Source: Holophagaceae bacterium
Lineage (GTDB): Bacteria; Acidobacteriota; Holophagae; Holophagales; Holophagaceae
DNA: 64,000 nt
Assembly: GCA_016710635.1 (NCBI GenBank)
Contig: JADJVL010000001.1
Span: 176,236 to 240,235 of the forward strand
Direction of reading: 5' to 3'
The stretch's first letter is position 1. Each line of letters opens with the position of its first letter. Position numbers and translations under genes: made by a program. The notes beneath the pieces are model-generated. The model searched no databases. It was given only the letters and a program-made list of their open reading frames with translations, and was not told the origin of the DNA. This document shows positions 30,022 to 40,521 of this stretch, in pieces.

Positions 30022-30510
30022 CTACTCGCCGGCCTTCTGCTTGCGGATGCCCTCGAGGGCGACCGCCAAGCCGGAGATCGGGTACTTCATGAGGTAGAGC
30101 AGCTTGGCGAGAATGACATCGCGGCTGGGGAGTTCCGCCAGCTGCTGGATGTCGGCCATGCCGATCTGCTTGCCGTCCATGACGCCACCCTTGAAGGAGG
30201 CGGCGGGATTGTCCTTGAGGAAGGTATGAAGCGCCTTGGCCAGGGCCAGGACGTCCTCGTGGGTGGTGGCAATGGCGCTGGCGCCCTGGAAGGAGCCGCC
30301 AAGGGCCTCGAAAGGCGTTTCCTTGACCGCGAGCCGGAGCAGCGTGTTCTTGGACACGCGGTACTGGCCCTTGCTGTCACGGACGCTCTTGCGGAACGCC
30401 GTGTCCTTCTCCACCGACAGGCCCTTGAACTCGATGACCACCGCGGTGGTGGCGGAGGCGAAGGCCTCCTTGAGCTCTGCGACTTCTGCGAATTTCGCGT
30501 TCTTTTCCAT
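30022..30510 (-). CDS. rplJ: 50S ribosomal protein L10
   Basis: 162-aa ORF located between rplA and rplL, with [22 protein letters not shown] typical of L10. Confidence 0.95.
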   Translation of the reverse strand: MEKNAKFAEVAELKEAFASATTAVVIEFKGLSVEKDTAFRKSVRDSKGQYRVSKNTLLRLAVKETPFEALGGSFQGASAIATTHEDVLALAKALHTFLKDNPAASFKGGVMDGKQIGMADIQQLAELPSRDVILAKLLYLMKYPISGLAVALEGIRKQKAGE

Positions 30511-30518
30511 GGCCTACC

Positions 30519-31214
30519 TCACTTCGTTTCCACAACTGCGGTGGAAAGGGAGACGGAAGGGCCCATGGTGGAGGCGATGTGGATCGCCCGCACATACTTG
30601 CCCTTGGCCGCCGAGGGCTTGGCCTTCAGAACGGCATCAATGAGCGCCCGGGCATTTTCCGTGAGCTTCTCGAGGCCGAAGGAAAGCTTGCCGACGGGGG
30701 CGTGGATGATCCCGGTCTTGTCGACGCGGTACTCCACCTTGCCGGCCTTGATCTCCTTGATGGCCTTGGCCACCTCGAAGGTCACGGTGCCGGTCTTGGG
30801 GTTCGGCATGAGGCCGCGGGGGCCCAGCACCTTGCCCAGGCGTCCCACGCCCTTCATCATGTCCGGGGTCGCGACGAGGGCGTCGAATTCGAGGTAGCCG
30901 CCGGCGATCTTCTCAACGAGATCGTCACCGCCCACCACTTCCGCGCCCGCGCCTTCCGCTTCCTTGATCTTTTCGCCCTGTGCGATGACGGCCACCCGCA
31001 TGGTCTTGCCCGTGCCGTGAGGCAGGACAAGGGTGCCGCGGACCATCTGGTCCGCGTGGCGGGGGTCGACACCCAGCCTGAGATGGACTTCCACGGTCTC
31101 GTCGAACTTGGCGTACGCCACGTCCTTGACGGCCTTGAGGCCCTCGCTCAGGTCATAGGGGCGATCTTCGATCTTGGCCGCGGCAGCCCGGTACTTCTTT
31201 CCGGTCTTTGCCAT
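30519..31214 (-). CDS. rplA: 50S ribosomal protein L1
   Basis: 231-aa ORF with [34 protein letters not shown]. Confidence 0.97.
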   Translation of the reverse strand: MAKTGKKYRAAAAKIEDRPYDLSEGLKAVKDVAYAKFDETVEVHLRLGVDPRHADQMVRGTLVLPHGTGKTMRVAVIAQGEKIKEAEGAGAEVVGGDDLVEKIAGGYLEFDALVATPDMMKGVGRLGKVLGPRGLMPNPKTGTVTFEVAKAIKEIKAGKVEYRVDKTGIIHAPVGKLSFGLEKLTENARALIDAVLKAKPSAAKGKYVRAIHIASTMGPSVSLSTAVVETK

Positions 31215-31298
31215 ATTGGCTCCTTACGAATGATCTCCCGCGGAAACGGCCGCGGTGGCCGGGAGTCCCGCACGACGCGGGACTGCCTCTTGTGAAAT

Positions 31299-31730
31299 TC
31301 AGTCGACGATTTCGACGCCCATGGACTTGGCGCTGCCGGCGATGCAGGCCATGGCGGCCGCCAGGCTGCCGGCGGTCAGGTCGGGCATCTTCACCTTGGC
31401 GATCTCCTCGATCTGCTGGCGGGTGATCTTGCCGACCTTCTGCTTGTTGGGCGTGGCGCTGCCCTTGTCCAGGCCGAGCTTCTTCTTGATCAGGACGGCC
31501 GCGGGGGGCGTCTTGAGGATGAAGCTGAAGCTGCGGTCGGCGTAGACCGTGATGACCACGGGGAGGATGGTGCCCTTCTCCACGGCACTGACGGACTTCG
31601 CGTTGAACTGCTTCACGAACTCCATGATGTTCACGCCGTGCTGGCCGAGGGCCGGGCCGACCGGAGGGGCCGGAGTGGCCTCGCCCGCGGGCAGCTGCAG
31701 CTTGATGTAGCCGGTGATCTTCTTTGCCAT
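31299..31730 (-). CDS. rplK: 50S ribosomal protein L11
   Basis: 143-aa ORF starting [38 protein letters not shown]. Confidence 0.98.
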   Translation of the reverse strand: MAKKITGYIKLQLPAGEATPAPPVGPALGQHGVNIMEFVKQFNAKSVSAVEKGTILPVVITVYADRSFSFILKTPPAAVLIKKKLGLDKGSATPNKQKVGKITRQQIEEIAKVKMPDLTAGSLAAAMACIAGSAKSMGVEIVD

Positions 31731-31795
31731 TGCTTATCTCCCGCAGGGATTCCGGCGAATGCCGGCGACCGCTGCCTTGAAGGGCGGAGGCGCGG

Positions 31796-32431
31796 TCAGC
31801 GCTTCTCCACCTGGATGAAATCGAGCTCCACGGGGGTGCTGCGACCGAACACCGTCACCATCACCTTGATGGTGGAGCGCTCTTCGTGGATCTCGTCCAC
31901 GTCCCCTTCGAAATTTGCGAAGGGGCCGTCTATGATACGGACCTTTTCGCCCTTCTCAAAGTGGTATTTGGGCTTGGGCTTCTCCTGGGTCTCTTCCTGG
32001 TGGTTCATGATCTGCCGCACCTCGTCGTCGGTGAGGGGCGTCGGGCGCTTCTTGTTGGCGCCCACGAAGCTCGTCACCTTCGGGGTGTTGCGGACCAGGT
32101 GCCAGTCGGCGTCCTCCATCTCGAAGGTGCCGCCCTTCGAGGTGACGGCGATCTGGACCAGGAGGTAGCCCGGGAAGGACTTGCGCTTCTTGAGGACGCG
32201 CTCCTTGCGGCCGGACTTGGCGTCCACCTTCATCTCCTCGTAGGTCTCCTCCGGCACCTGGATGTCGCCGAAAAAGGCCTCGCGCTCTTCCATCTTGATG
32301 CGCTGGCGGAGGTGCTCCATCACCTTGGCCTCGTAGCCGGAGTAGGTGTGGATGATGAACCATTTCATGAGCCGCTCGGGCGCGGCGACGGGCGTCGCGG
32401 CCGGGGCGTTCAGGTCGGTGAGGTCGGTCAC
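31796..32431 (-). CDS. nusG: Transcription termination/antitermination factor NusG
   Basis: The ORF has KWFIIHTYSGYE (NGN domain) and a C-terminal KOW (KGEKVRIIDGPFANFEGDV). It has a GTG start at 32431 with GGAGG 4 nt upstream, directly after secE. Confidence 0.95.
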   Translation of the reverse strand: MTDLTDLNAPAATPVAAPERLMKWFIIHTYSGYEAKVMEHLRQRIKMEEREAFFGDIQVPEETYEEMKVDAKSGRKERVLKKRKSFPGYLLVQIAVTSKGGTFEMEDADWHLVRNTPKVTSFVGANKKRPTPLTDDEVRQIMNHQEETQEKPKPKYHFEKGEKVRIIDGPFANFEGDVDEIHEERSTIKVMVTVFGRSTPVELDFIQVEKR

Positions 32432-32440
32432 GGCGCCTCC

Positions 32441-32695
32441 TCAGTGGTGGGGAAGGATGTACTGCATGGCCCATGTCAGGCCCAGATCAGCCAGCCACAG
32501 GAAGATCCCGACGAACAGTGAAATGACGATCACCGTCGCGGTGGAGCTGATGACCTTCTCACGGTTGGGCCAATCGACGCGCTGGAGTTCCGCGAAGAGG
32601 TCCTTGGCTTGCTGTTTGATGGGGGCGATCAATGGGGGTTCCTTCGATGCCGGACCAGGCTGGAGCCGGGCCGTGGGACCAGGAGATTGAAACAA
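32441..32695 (-). CDS. secE: Preprotein translocase subunit SecE (start uncertain)
   Basis: The ORF has ELQRVDWPNREKVISSTATVIVISLFVGIFLW (a single TM after the KV-W-P motif), in the tRNA-Trp/secE/nusG position. The maximal ORF starts at a TTG at 32695. A TTG at 32632 with AAGGAA upstream would give about 63 aa. Confidence 0.8.
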   Translation of the reverse strand: MFQSPGPTARLQPGPASKEPPLIAPIKQQAKDLFAELQRVDWPNREKVISSTATVIVISLFVGIFLWLADLGLTWAMQYILPHH

Positions 32696-32734
32696 CCTGG
32701 CCCCGGTCTTGGAAAGCCGGGGCCAGGTCCGAAG

Positions 32735-32810
32735 TGGCAGGGGAGACAGGGTTCGAACCCGCGACCTGCGGATTTGGAGTCCGCTGCTCTACCAGCTGAG
32801 CTACTCCCCT
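32735..32810 (-). tRNA. tRNA-Trp (anticodon CCA)
   Basis: The reverse complement AGGGGAG-TA-GCTC-AGCTGGTA-GAGC-A-GCGGA-CTCCAAA-TCCGC-AGGTC-GCGGG-TTCGAAC-CCTGT-CTCCCCT-G-CCA folds as a 76-nt cloverleaf with CCA encoded. Confidence 0.95.
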
Positions 32811-32858
32811 TCGGAGATCAAAACCCGGCCGCCGGGATCTGGGAGCGGCCGGGCAATA

Positions 32859-33011
32859 TCAGGCTTTGGCTTCGCGATGGCCGGTCTGGTGGCCACAGAA
32901 GCGACAGAACTTCTTGAATTCAAGCTTACCAGTGGTGGTCCGCTTGTTCTTGGTCGTGGTGTAGTTCTTTCGCTTGCAGTCGCCGCACTGGAGGGCCACG
33001 ATCTCGCGCAT
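32859..33011 (-). CDS. rpmG: 50S ribosomal protein L33 (zinc-binding form)
   Basis: Below the ORF-track cutoff. Reverse translation gives the 50-aa MREIVALQCGDCKRKNYTTTKNKRTTTGKLEFKKFCRFCGHQTGHREAKA with CxxC...CxxC, located between tuf and tRNA-Trp as in many bacteria. Confidence 0.9.
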   Translation of the reverse strand: MREIVALQCGDCKRKNYTTTKNKRTTTGKLEFKKFCRFCGHQTGHREAKA

Positions 33012-33049
33012 GTCAGACTCCTAACGATTCCCCGGAATGGGGTTGTTGC

Positions 33050-34252
<1,203 letters not shown>

Positions 34253-34310
34253 GAGTGCCTCCGTTGAAGTGGGTGGTGATGTGAGGTGCTTGAGAAGGGT
34301 CGTTCGGATC

Positions 34311-34385
34311 TGGAGCCCACACCCGGGATTGAACCGGGGACCTCTTCCTTACCAAGGAAGTGCTCTGCCACTGAGCTATGTGGGC
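34311..34385 (-). tRNA. tRNA-Thr (anticodon GGT)
   Basis: The reverse complement GCCCACA-TA-GCTC-AGTGGCA-GAGC-A-CTTCC-TTGGTAA-GGAAG-AGGTC-CCCGG-TTCAATC-CCGGG-TGTGGGC-T-CCA is a 75-nt cloverleaf. Confidence 0.95.
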
Positions 34386-34458
34386 TTTGGACTCGGGGGA
34401 GGGATCCCCCTTGCGGACAAGGGCGGCCGGGACCCGGAGAGGCCGGACCTGGCGTGGC

Positions 34459-34534
<76 letters not shown>

Positions 34535-34574
34535 CTTGTCCTTGGAAAGAGAACCCAGCCTTCCGCGAAAGAAC

Positions 34575-34662
34575 TGGTGCCGAGAGAAGGATTCGAACCT
34601 CCGTAGCGCGTCAGCGCGGCAGATTTACAGTCTGCTGCCATTAACCACTCGGCCATCTCGGC
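34575..34662 (-). tRNA. tRNA-Tyr (anticodon GTA, long variable arm)
   Basis: The reverse complement GCCGAGA-TG-GCCG-AGTGGTTAA-TGGC-A-GCAGA-CTGTAAA-TCTGC-(16-nt variable arm)-GGAGG-TTCGAAT-CCTTC-TCTCGGC-A-CCA is 88 nt. Confidence 0.92.
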
Positions 34663-34782
34663 AATGTCTTGTTGCAACCGCCAGAGGGGCGCTGCGAGGC
34701 AGGGCTTTCCTAAGACGGAACACGAAGGCTATCACGCGGGTGGAGGCCCTTCAAGGGAAAAGAAAATCCCCCGGCGTGGCCT

Positions 34783-35508
34783 TCAACCGCCTCGCCGGGC
34801 CAGCGCCTGGTAGAGGGCCACGGCAGCGGCGGCGCTCACGTTCAGGCTCTCGGTGCCCCCGGGCATGGGGATGGCCAGGAGACCGTCGCAGCGCTCCGCG
34901 ATCTTCTCGTGGAGGCCTTCCCCTTCGGAGCCCAGCACCAGCACCGTGGCCCGGTCGAAGGGCTCGGCGAAGAGGGATCGGCTGCCCGGGCCCGCGGCCA
35001 GGCCGTAGATCCAGGCGCCGGCCTCCTTCAGCTCGTCCAGCGCCCGCCCGAGGTTCACCACCCGCACCAGTGGAACCCGACCCGCGGTGCCGGCGGAAGC
35101 CCGCAGGGCCGCATCGTTCACCTGGGCGCTCCGGCGCTCGGGAAAGACGACGCCATCCACGCCCGCCGCCGCGGCGGTGCGCAGGATGGCGCCGAAGTTG
35201 TGGGGGTCGGTCACCCCGTCCAGGGCCAGCACCAGGGCCAAAGGGCCCCGGTCGCGGATCCGCTCCAGGAGGACTTCCAATTCGGACAGCCGGATCTCCC
35301 CGCCTTCGCCCAGGACGCCGTTGTGGCGCTGCCCTTCAGCCCGCCGGTCGAGGGCATCCACCGGTTCCCGGTGGATCACCACACCCTTGACCCGCGCGGC
35401 CTCCCGCAGTTTCGACTGGCGCTCCCACGCCGTGGGCGCGACCCGCAGCACCTGCAGCTCGCCCCGGGCCAGGGCCTCCTCGCATGCGTGAGGCCCCAGG
35501 AACTTCAT
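34783..35508 (-). CDS. rlmB: SpoU/TrmH-family RNA 2'-O-methyltransferase, RlmB-like
   Basis: The ORF has LDGVTDPHNFGAILRTAAAAGVDGVV, VLVLGSEGEGL and IPMPGGTESLNVSAAAAVALYQ motifs. I start it at MKFLGP (ATG at 35508), which shares one base with the upstream gene's stop (TGATG). The longer track ORF is an artefact. Confidence 0.85.
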   Translation of the reverse strand: MKFLGPHACEEALARGELQVLRVAPTAWERQSKLREAARVKGVVIHREPVDALDRRAEGQRHNGVLGEGGEIRLSELEVLLERIRDRGPLALVLALDGVTDPHNFGAILRTAAAAGVDGVVFPERRSAQVNDAALRASAGTAGRVPLVRVVNLGRALDELKEAGAWIYGLAAGPGSRSLFAEPFDRATVLVLGSEGEGLHEKIAERCDGLLAIPMPGGTESLNVSAAAAVALYQALARRGG

Positions 35509-36881
35509 CAGAAGGAGACCTTGTACCCGAGGGAGTAGAGGTGCCCCGAGTTCTCCACCCGCGTGGCGGTGCCGGTGCTGCGGTAGCCGGAGATGCTCCA
35601 CGCGCCGTCGAGGGTGCGGGACTCGATGTCCTGGCTCTGCCGGACCTGGTAGCCCAGGGAAAGCTCGCCCCGGCCCATCTTGTAGGCGAAGCCGGTCGAA
35701 AAGGCCGCGCTCCGGGCGCCGCCCAGCAGGGGCTCCACCTTGTCGGATTCCCGCAGGCCCTGGTCGATGGAGAGGCCGCCGCGCAGCGTCCAGTTCTTGC
35801 CCAGGGCCAGCTCGCCCATCAGGCTCAGGCCGAGGGCGCGCTGCCCCAGGAATTCGCCGGCGGGACTGAGCACCGTCCCCGATGGCGTCTGCACGCCGAC
35901 CTGCCCGGGAAGCTCCAGCTTGGCGCCATCGGTGTAGCGCAGGTCCGCCTCCCAGGTGAAGGCGTTGTTGCTCCGGTGGCGGAGGCCGAGGGCGGCCCGC
36001 GCCGGCAACTGGATCCTCTCCCGGCCCGCGAGGGGCTGCAGGAGGCCCCGCAGGACCGCGCCCTGGGTCGAAATGCCGAGGGGCGGCGTGCTCAGCCCAT
36101 CGGTGGCGATGTAGGACGCGGGCCGGTCCCCGAGGGAGGCCCGGAGCTTCACGTCGCCCTGGAGCGGCCCCTGGTAGGTGAGGCCCAGGGTCCAGCGGGA
36201 GCTGATGGCCCAGCGCAGACCGAAGGAGGCACTGGGGACCGTGGCACTGCCTTCCTGGCGGACGCGCTGCTCCATCAGGCCGAGGGCGGGATTGCCCGCC
36301 CCCAGCGGGTTCGACGGGTCGGCGGCCACCGCCACGCGCAGGGCCGCGCCGGAGGCGTAGTTGATCCGGGCGGTGCCCACGCCGAAGCCGATCGAGAAAT
36401 CGTCGCGCAGGGCGAAGGCGATCTGGAGTTCGGCCCGTCGCACCTCGAGGCTGAGCTCATCCCCGAGGAAGCGGGTGGTGGTTTCGGGGCCGAAGACTCC
36501 ATGGCGGAGGAAGGGATTGTCCACCTTGATCCCGAAGGCCACGCGCCGGCCCGCGACCAGGCCGATGCCGAAGGCGGGCAGCACCCGGTTCCGGTCGGTG
36601 CTGTAGTTGATGCGCTGGTTGCTCTGCAGGGTGTCCTGGGCACTCTGGAATTCCTGGCCGCCGGCGAGGAAGAAGCCGCCCTTGCCAGGCAGCGTGACCA
36701 GTAGGGCCGGGTTCAGGCTCGCGGCCTCGAGGCTCCGCCCGAACGCCACCCCCGCGCCCGCGCGGGCGATGCCCGCCGGATCCGAGGCGGGAACCACCAG
36801 GATCCCCTGGGCGGAGAGGGAAGCCCCCGCGGCCAGGAAGGCCAAGGCGAAAGGGAATTGGGCCAGGTTGAATCTCGCCAT
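35508..36881 (-). CDS. Outer-membrane beta-barrel transporter, FadL/TodX-like
   Basis: The ORF has a signal peptide MARFNLAQFPFALAFLAAGASLSAQG, a hatch-like SLNPALL (NPA) motif, alternating beta-strand patterning over 457 aa, and a C-terminal LGYKVSF. Confidence 0.75.
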   Translation of the reverse strand: MARFNLAQFPFALAFLAAGASLSAQGILVVPASDPAGIARAGAGVAFGRSLEAASLNPALLVTLPGKGGFFLAGGQEFQSAQDTLQSNQRINYSTDRNRVLPAFGIGLVAGRRVAFGIKVDNPFLRHGVFGPETTTRFLGDELSLEVRRAELQIAFALRDDFSIGFGVGTARINYASGAALRVAVAADPSNPLGAGNPALGLMEQRVRQEGSATVPSASFGLRWAISSRWTLGLTYQGPLQGDVKLRASLGDRPASYIATDGLSTPPLGISTQGAVLRGLLQPLAGRERIQLPARAALGLRHRSNNAFTWEADLRYTDGAKLELPGQVGVQTPSGTVLSPAGEFLGQRALGLSLMGELALGKNWTLRGGLSIDQGLRESDKVEPLLGGARSAAFSTGFAYKMGRGELSLGYQVRQSQDIESRTLDGAWSISGYRSTGTATRVENSGHLYSLGYKVSF

Positions 36882-37000
36882 GCGTCGTCACTCCGATCCC
36901 TGAGGGGTCCACTTGCCGTTGGGTGAGGCGGTGGGACCCAGGGTTCCAACCGAATCCCTCCAGCATCGCCGCAAGCGGCCCAACGGCCAAGCCACGGAAC

Positions 37001-37030
37001 GGAAATGGGGCCGTCGCCGGCCCCATTTCC
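37001..37030 (-). terminator. Hairpin downstream of the type III glutamine synthetase gene
   Basis: ggaaatggggccg-tcgc-cggccccatttcc forms a 13-bp perfect stem 18 nt after the stop. The T run (gattttt) lies on the plus-strand side, so the polarity is ambiguous. Confidence 0.4.
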
Positions 37031-37047
37031 CCGATTTTTCTCCGGAT

Positions 37048-39195
37048 TCAGGACAAGGGGGAGAGCAGGTCCCGGTACTTCGGGAGGGGCCAGATCTCGG
37101 CGTTGCAGCCTTCCTCCAGGGTATCGAGCACGTCCCGGAGGGATTCCATGGCGATCCGGACGGAATGGCCGAAGGCCTCCGTGCGCTGGTCGTGGTGTTC
37201 CAGCGCCTCGGCGTCCGCCAGGGTCTTGACCAGCAGGAGGAGGCGGCTCTGGGCCACCCCGGCGAGGTGGGCCTGCGCCTGCAGGGAGGCCTTGAGGGGA
37301 TCCGGCACTTCCATTCCGGCGGCGCTGAGCTGGTTCAGGGCGCCGGCGCGGGCCCCCAGGTCGGCGATCACCGTCGGCAGGATCTGGGTCTCCGCCATCT
37401 CCCGCAGGACCTGGGCTTCAATGCTCAGGGCCTTCTGGTACTGCTCGTGGCGGATGTGGATCCGGGCGTCCAGTTCCTCGATGGTGAGGACGCCGGTCTG
37501 CACGAAGGCGGCCTTGGCGGCCTCCCCTTCCCAGATCTTGAGGGCGGCGACGGTGTCCTTGGCGTGGGGCAGCCCGCGGCGCTCGGCCTCCTGCTTCCAC
37601 TCCTCGCTGTAGCCGTTCCCCTCGAAGCGGATGGCCTTGGTTTCCGTCACGGCCTTTCGGACCACGGCCAGGACGGCTTCCCGGTGCGGGGTGCCGCGGC
37701 CTTCTTCGGCCTCCAGGGCGAGGTTCAGTTCGTTCAGGGCCTCCGCCACGCAGGCGTTGATGACCGTCAGAGGCATGGCGATGGGCTGGCTGGAGCCCAC
37801 GGCGCGGAACTCGAACTTGTTCCCGGTGAAGGCGAAGGGCGAGGTGCGGTTGCGGTCCGTGAAGTCCTTCTCGATGTGGGGCAGGTTGGCGATCGCCAGG
37901 AGCTTCTGCTCGGCGCCGCCGCTGATCTCGCCGCGCTCGATGGCGTCGAGGATGCCGCTGAGGTGCTGCCCGAGAAAGACGCTCATGATGGCGGGCGGGG
38001 CTTCGTTGGCCCCCAGCCGGTGGTCGTTATTGGCGGAGGCGATCACCGCCCGCAGCAGGCCGCCGTGGCGGTGGATGGCCTTCAGGGTGGCGGCGAGGAA
38101 GTAGAGGAACGCGAGGTTCTCCTCCGGCGTCCGGCCGGGCTCCAGGAGGTTCAGTCCGCCATCGGTGGCGAGGCTCCAGTTCACGTGCTTGCCGCTGCCG
38201 TTCACCCCGGCGAAGGGCTTCTCGTGCAGGAGGACCATCAGGCCGTGGCGCTCGCCGACGGACTTGAGGATCTCCATGAGGAGCTGGTTGTGGTCCGACG
38301 CCAGGTTCGCCGCCTCGTAGATGGGGGCGATCTCGAACTGGTTCGGGGCCACCTCGTTGTGGCGGGTCTTGGCGGGAATGCCGAGCTTGAAGCACTCCAG
38401 CTCGACCTCCTGCATGAAGCCCAGGACCCGCTCCTTGATGGAACCGAAGTAGTGGTCCTCCAGCTCCTGGCCTTTGGGCGGACGGGCGCCCTGGAGGGTG
38501 CGGGTGGCGAAGAGGAGGTCCGGACGCTTGCGCGCCAGCTCCATGTCCACCAGGAAGTACTCCTGCTCGGGGCCGCACTGGGCCACCACATGCTCGGCCT
38601 CGATGCCGAAGCGCTTCAGGGCCCGCACCGCCGCCTTGCTCACCACGTCCATGGAGCGCAGCAGGGGCACCTTCTGGTCCAGGGCCTCGCCGTGGTAGCC
38701 CACGAAGGCCGTGGGAATGCAAAGGGTGATGCCCAGGGGCCCTTCCATGAGGAAGGCCGGGGAGGTGGGATCCCAGGCGGTGTAGCCCCGGGCCTCGAAG
38801 GTGGCCCGCAGGCCGCCGCTGGGGAAGGAACTGGCGTCGGGCTCGCCCTGGGTGAGCTGGGAGCCGCTGAACCGTTCGATGACCTGGCCCGACTCCTCCC
38901 AGGTGATGAAGGCGTCATGCTTCTCCGCAGTGGCGCCTGTCATGGGCAGGAACCAGTGGGTGAAGTGGGTCGCCCCGTGGTCCATGGCCCAGTCCTTCAT
39001 GGCCTGGGCCACGCCGTGGGCCACTTCAGGACTCAGCCGGGCGCCCCGCCGGAGGGACTCGCGGAAGGCCTTGAAGGTATCCTTGGGCAGGCGCTCCTTC
39101 ATGGCCCGCTCGCCAAAGGTGTTGCAGCCGAAGTACTGGCTCACCTTGACCTGATCCAGCCTGCGGATGTCGCTCGAATCCATACCCTTGCCCAT
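37048..39195 (-). CDS. glnN: Glutamine synthetase, type III
   Basis: About 715 aa with HFTHWFLPMTGATAEKHD, EPDASSFPSGGLRATFEARGYTAWD, NEVAPNQFEIAPIYE and NGSGKHVNWSL, a long GSIII architecture. I start it at MGKGMDSSD (ATG at 39195, GGAGG 7 nt upstream). Confidence 0.92.
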   Translation of the reverse strand: MGKGMDSSDIRRLDQVKVSQYFGCNTFGERAMKERLPKDTFKAFRESLRRGARLSPEVAHGVAQAMKDWAMDHGATHFTHWFLPMTGATAEKHDAFITWEESGQVIERFSGSQLTQGEPDASSFPSGGLRATFEARGYTAWDPTSPAFLMEGPLGITLCIPTAFVGYHGEALDQKVPLLRSMDVVSKAAVRALKRFGIEAEHVVAQCGPEQEYFLVDMELARKRPDLLFATRTLQGARPPKGQELEDHYFGSIKERVLGFMQEVELECFKLGIPAKTRHNEVAPNQFEIAPIYEAANLASDHNQLLMEILKSVGERHGLMVLLHEKPFAGVNGSGKHVNWSLATDGGLNLLEPGRTPEENLAFLYFLAATLKAIHRHGGLLRAVIASANNDHRLGANEAPPAIMSVFLGQHLSGILDAIERGEISGGAEQKLLAIANLPHIEKDFTDRNRTSPFAFTGNKFEFRAVGSSQPIAMPLTVINACVAEALNELNLALEAEEGRGTPHREAVLAVVRKAVTETKAIRFEGNGYSEEWKQEAERRGLPHAKDTVAALKIWEGEAAKAAFVQTGVLTIEELDARIHIRHEQYQKALSIEAQVLREMAETQILPTVIADLGARAGALNQLSAAGMEVPDPLKASLQAQAHLAGVAQSRLLLLVKTLADAEALEHHDQRTEAFGHSVRIAMESLRDVLDTLEEGCNAEIWPLPKYRDLLSPLS

Positions 39196-39549
39196 GCCAC
39201 CCTCCCCGTGGATGAAATGAAAAAGAACGATCCCAAGCCCCTTGTTGAGAGCTCGGAGAGCCGCCCTGGAAATTTGGCCAAACGCCAATTCCAAGGTAGC
39301 CCTGAAGCCCTTGAAAAACAAGGCGAAATTGCGGATTCCAGGGCCCTTGACCTTCTGGCAGAATTGCGGGATCACCAATCGTGTCTACCCCGCCCGGCGT
39401 CCCTGGCCTGGGAGCGCGCGGTGTTCTGCGAAGCCTTCCTCGAGAAGACGCCCAGGCTCCGGGTCTCCGCCTTCCTCCGCGGCCGGGACTAACGGCGGCC
39501 CGCCCCGCGGCGAGGGCCTCCAGCGCCGGAACGGTCTAGACTTTCCCCC

Positions 39550-40518
39550 ATGACCACCGCCGCACCCTATGTCCCCGATCTCGAAAGCCTGGATCCGGCC
39601 CTGGACCTGCGCGCGGAGATCCTTCGCCTCAAGCGGTCCCGCAACGCCGTGATCCTGGCCCACTACTACCAGGAGCCGGAGATCCAGGATCTCGCCGACT
39701 TCGTGGGGGACAGCCTGCAGCTCGCCCAGCAGGCCGCCAGCACCGGCGCGGATGTCATCGCCTTCTGCGGTGTCCACTTCATGGCGGAGACCGCCAAGAT
39801 CCTGAACCCCGGCAAGCGGGTGGTGATCCCCGACATGGACGCCGGCTGCAGCCTGGCGGACCGCTGCACCGGAGCGGCCTTCGGGAAGTGGCTGGAGCAG
39901 TACCCGGAGCACGAGGTGGTCAGCTACATCAACTGCTCCGCGGAGGTGAAGGCCCTCAGCACGGTGATCTGCACCAGCAGCAACGCCGTCCGGGTCGTCG
40001 AGAGCATCCCCGCCGACCGCAAGATCGTCTTCGCGCCGGACCGCCACCTGGGCAAGTGGGTGATGCAGCAGACCGGCCGGGACATGGTGCTGTGGCCGGG
40101 CTTCTGCATCGTGCACGAGCAGTTCACCGCCAAGCGCGTCGCCGCCATGCAGGCCCAGCACCCCGGCGCCAAGCTCATCGCCCATCCCGAGTGCGACGCC
40201 ACCGTCAGCCGCCTCGCGGACTTCGTAGGCAGCACCGCGGCGCTGCTCCGCTACGTGAAGGAGAGCCCCGCCGGGAGCTTCATCGTGGCCACGGAGGCCG
40301 GCATCCTCCATCAGATGCGCAAGGCGCGCCCCGATGCCGAGCTGATCGCGGCCCCCGCGGACAGCGGCTGCAACTGTTCGCTCTGCCCCTACATGAAGCT
40401 CAACAGCCTCGAGAAGCTCTGCCTCGCCCTGCGCGACCTGCAGCCGGAGATCCTCCTGGACGAGGGCGTGCGCCTGCGGGCGCTGGAGCCCGTGCAGCGC
40501 ATGCTGGCCCTCGGCTGA
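39550..40518 (+). CDS. nadA: Quinolinate synthase A
   Basis: 322-aa ORF with AVILAHYYQEPEIQDLADFVGDSL, FCGVHFMAETAKIL, and Cys ligands (DAGCSLA, INCSAEV, CPYMK). Confidence 0.95.
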   Translation: MTTAAPYVPDLESLDPALDLRAEILRLKRSRNAVILAHYYQEPEIQDLADFVGDSLQLAQQAASTGADVIAFCGVHFMAETAKILNPGKRVVIPDMDAGCSLADRCTGAAFGKWLEQYPEHEVVSYINCSAEVKALSTVICTSSNAVRVVESIPADRKIVFAPDRHLGKWVMQQTGRDMVLWPGFCIVHEQFTAKRVAAMQAQHPGAKLIAHPECDATVSRLADFVGSTAALLRYVKESPAGSFIVATEAGILHQMRKARPDAELIAAPADSGCNCSLCPYMKLNSLEKLCLALRDLQPEILLDEGVRLRALEPVQRMLALG

Positions 40519-40521
40519 GCC

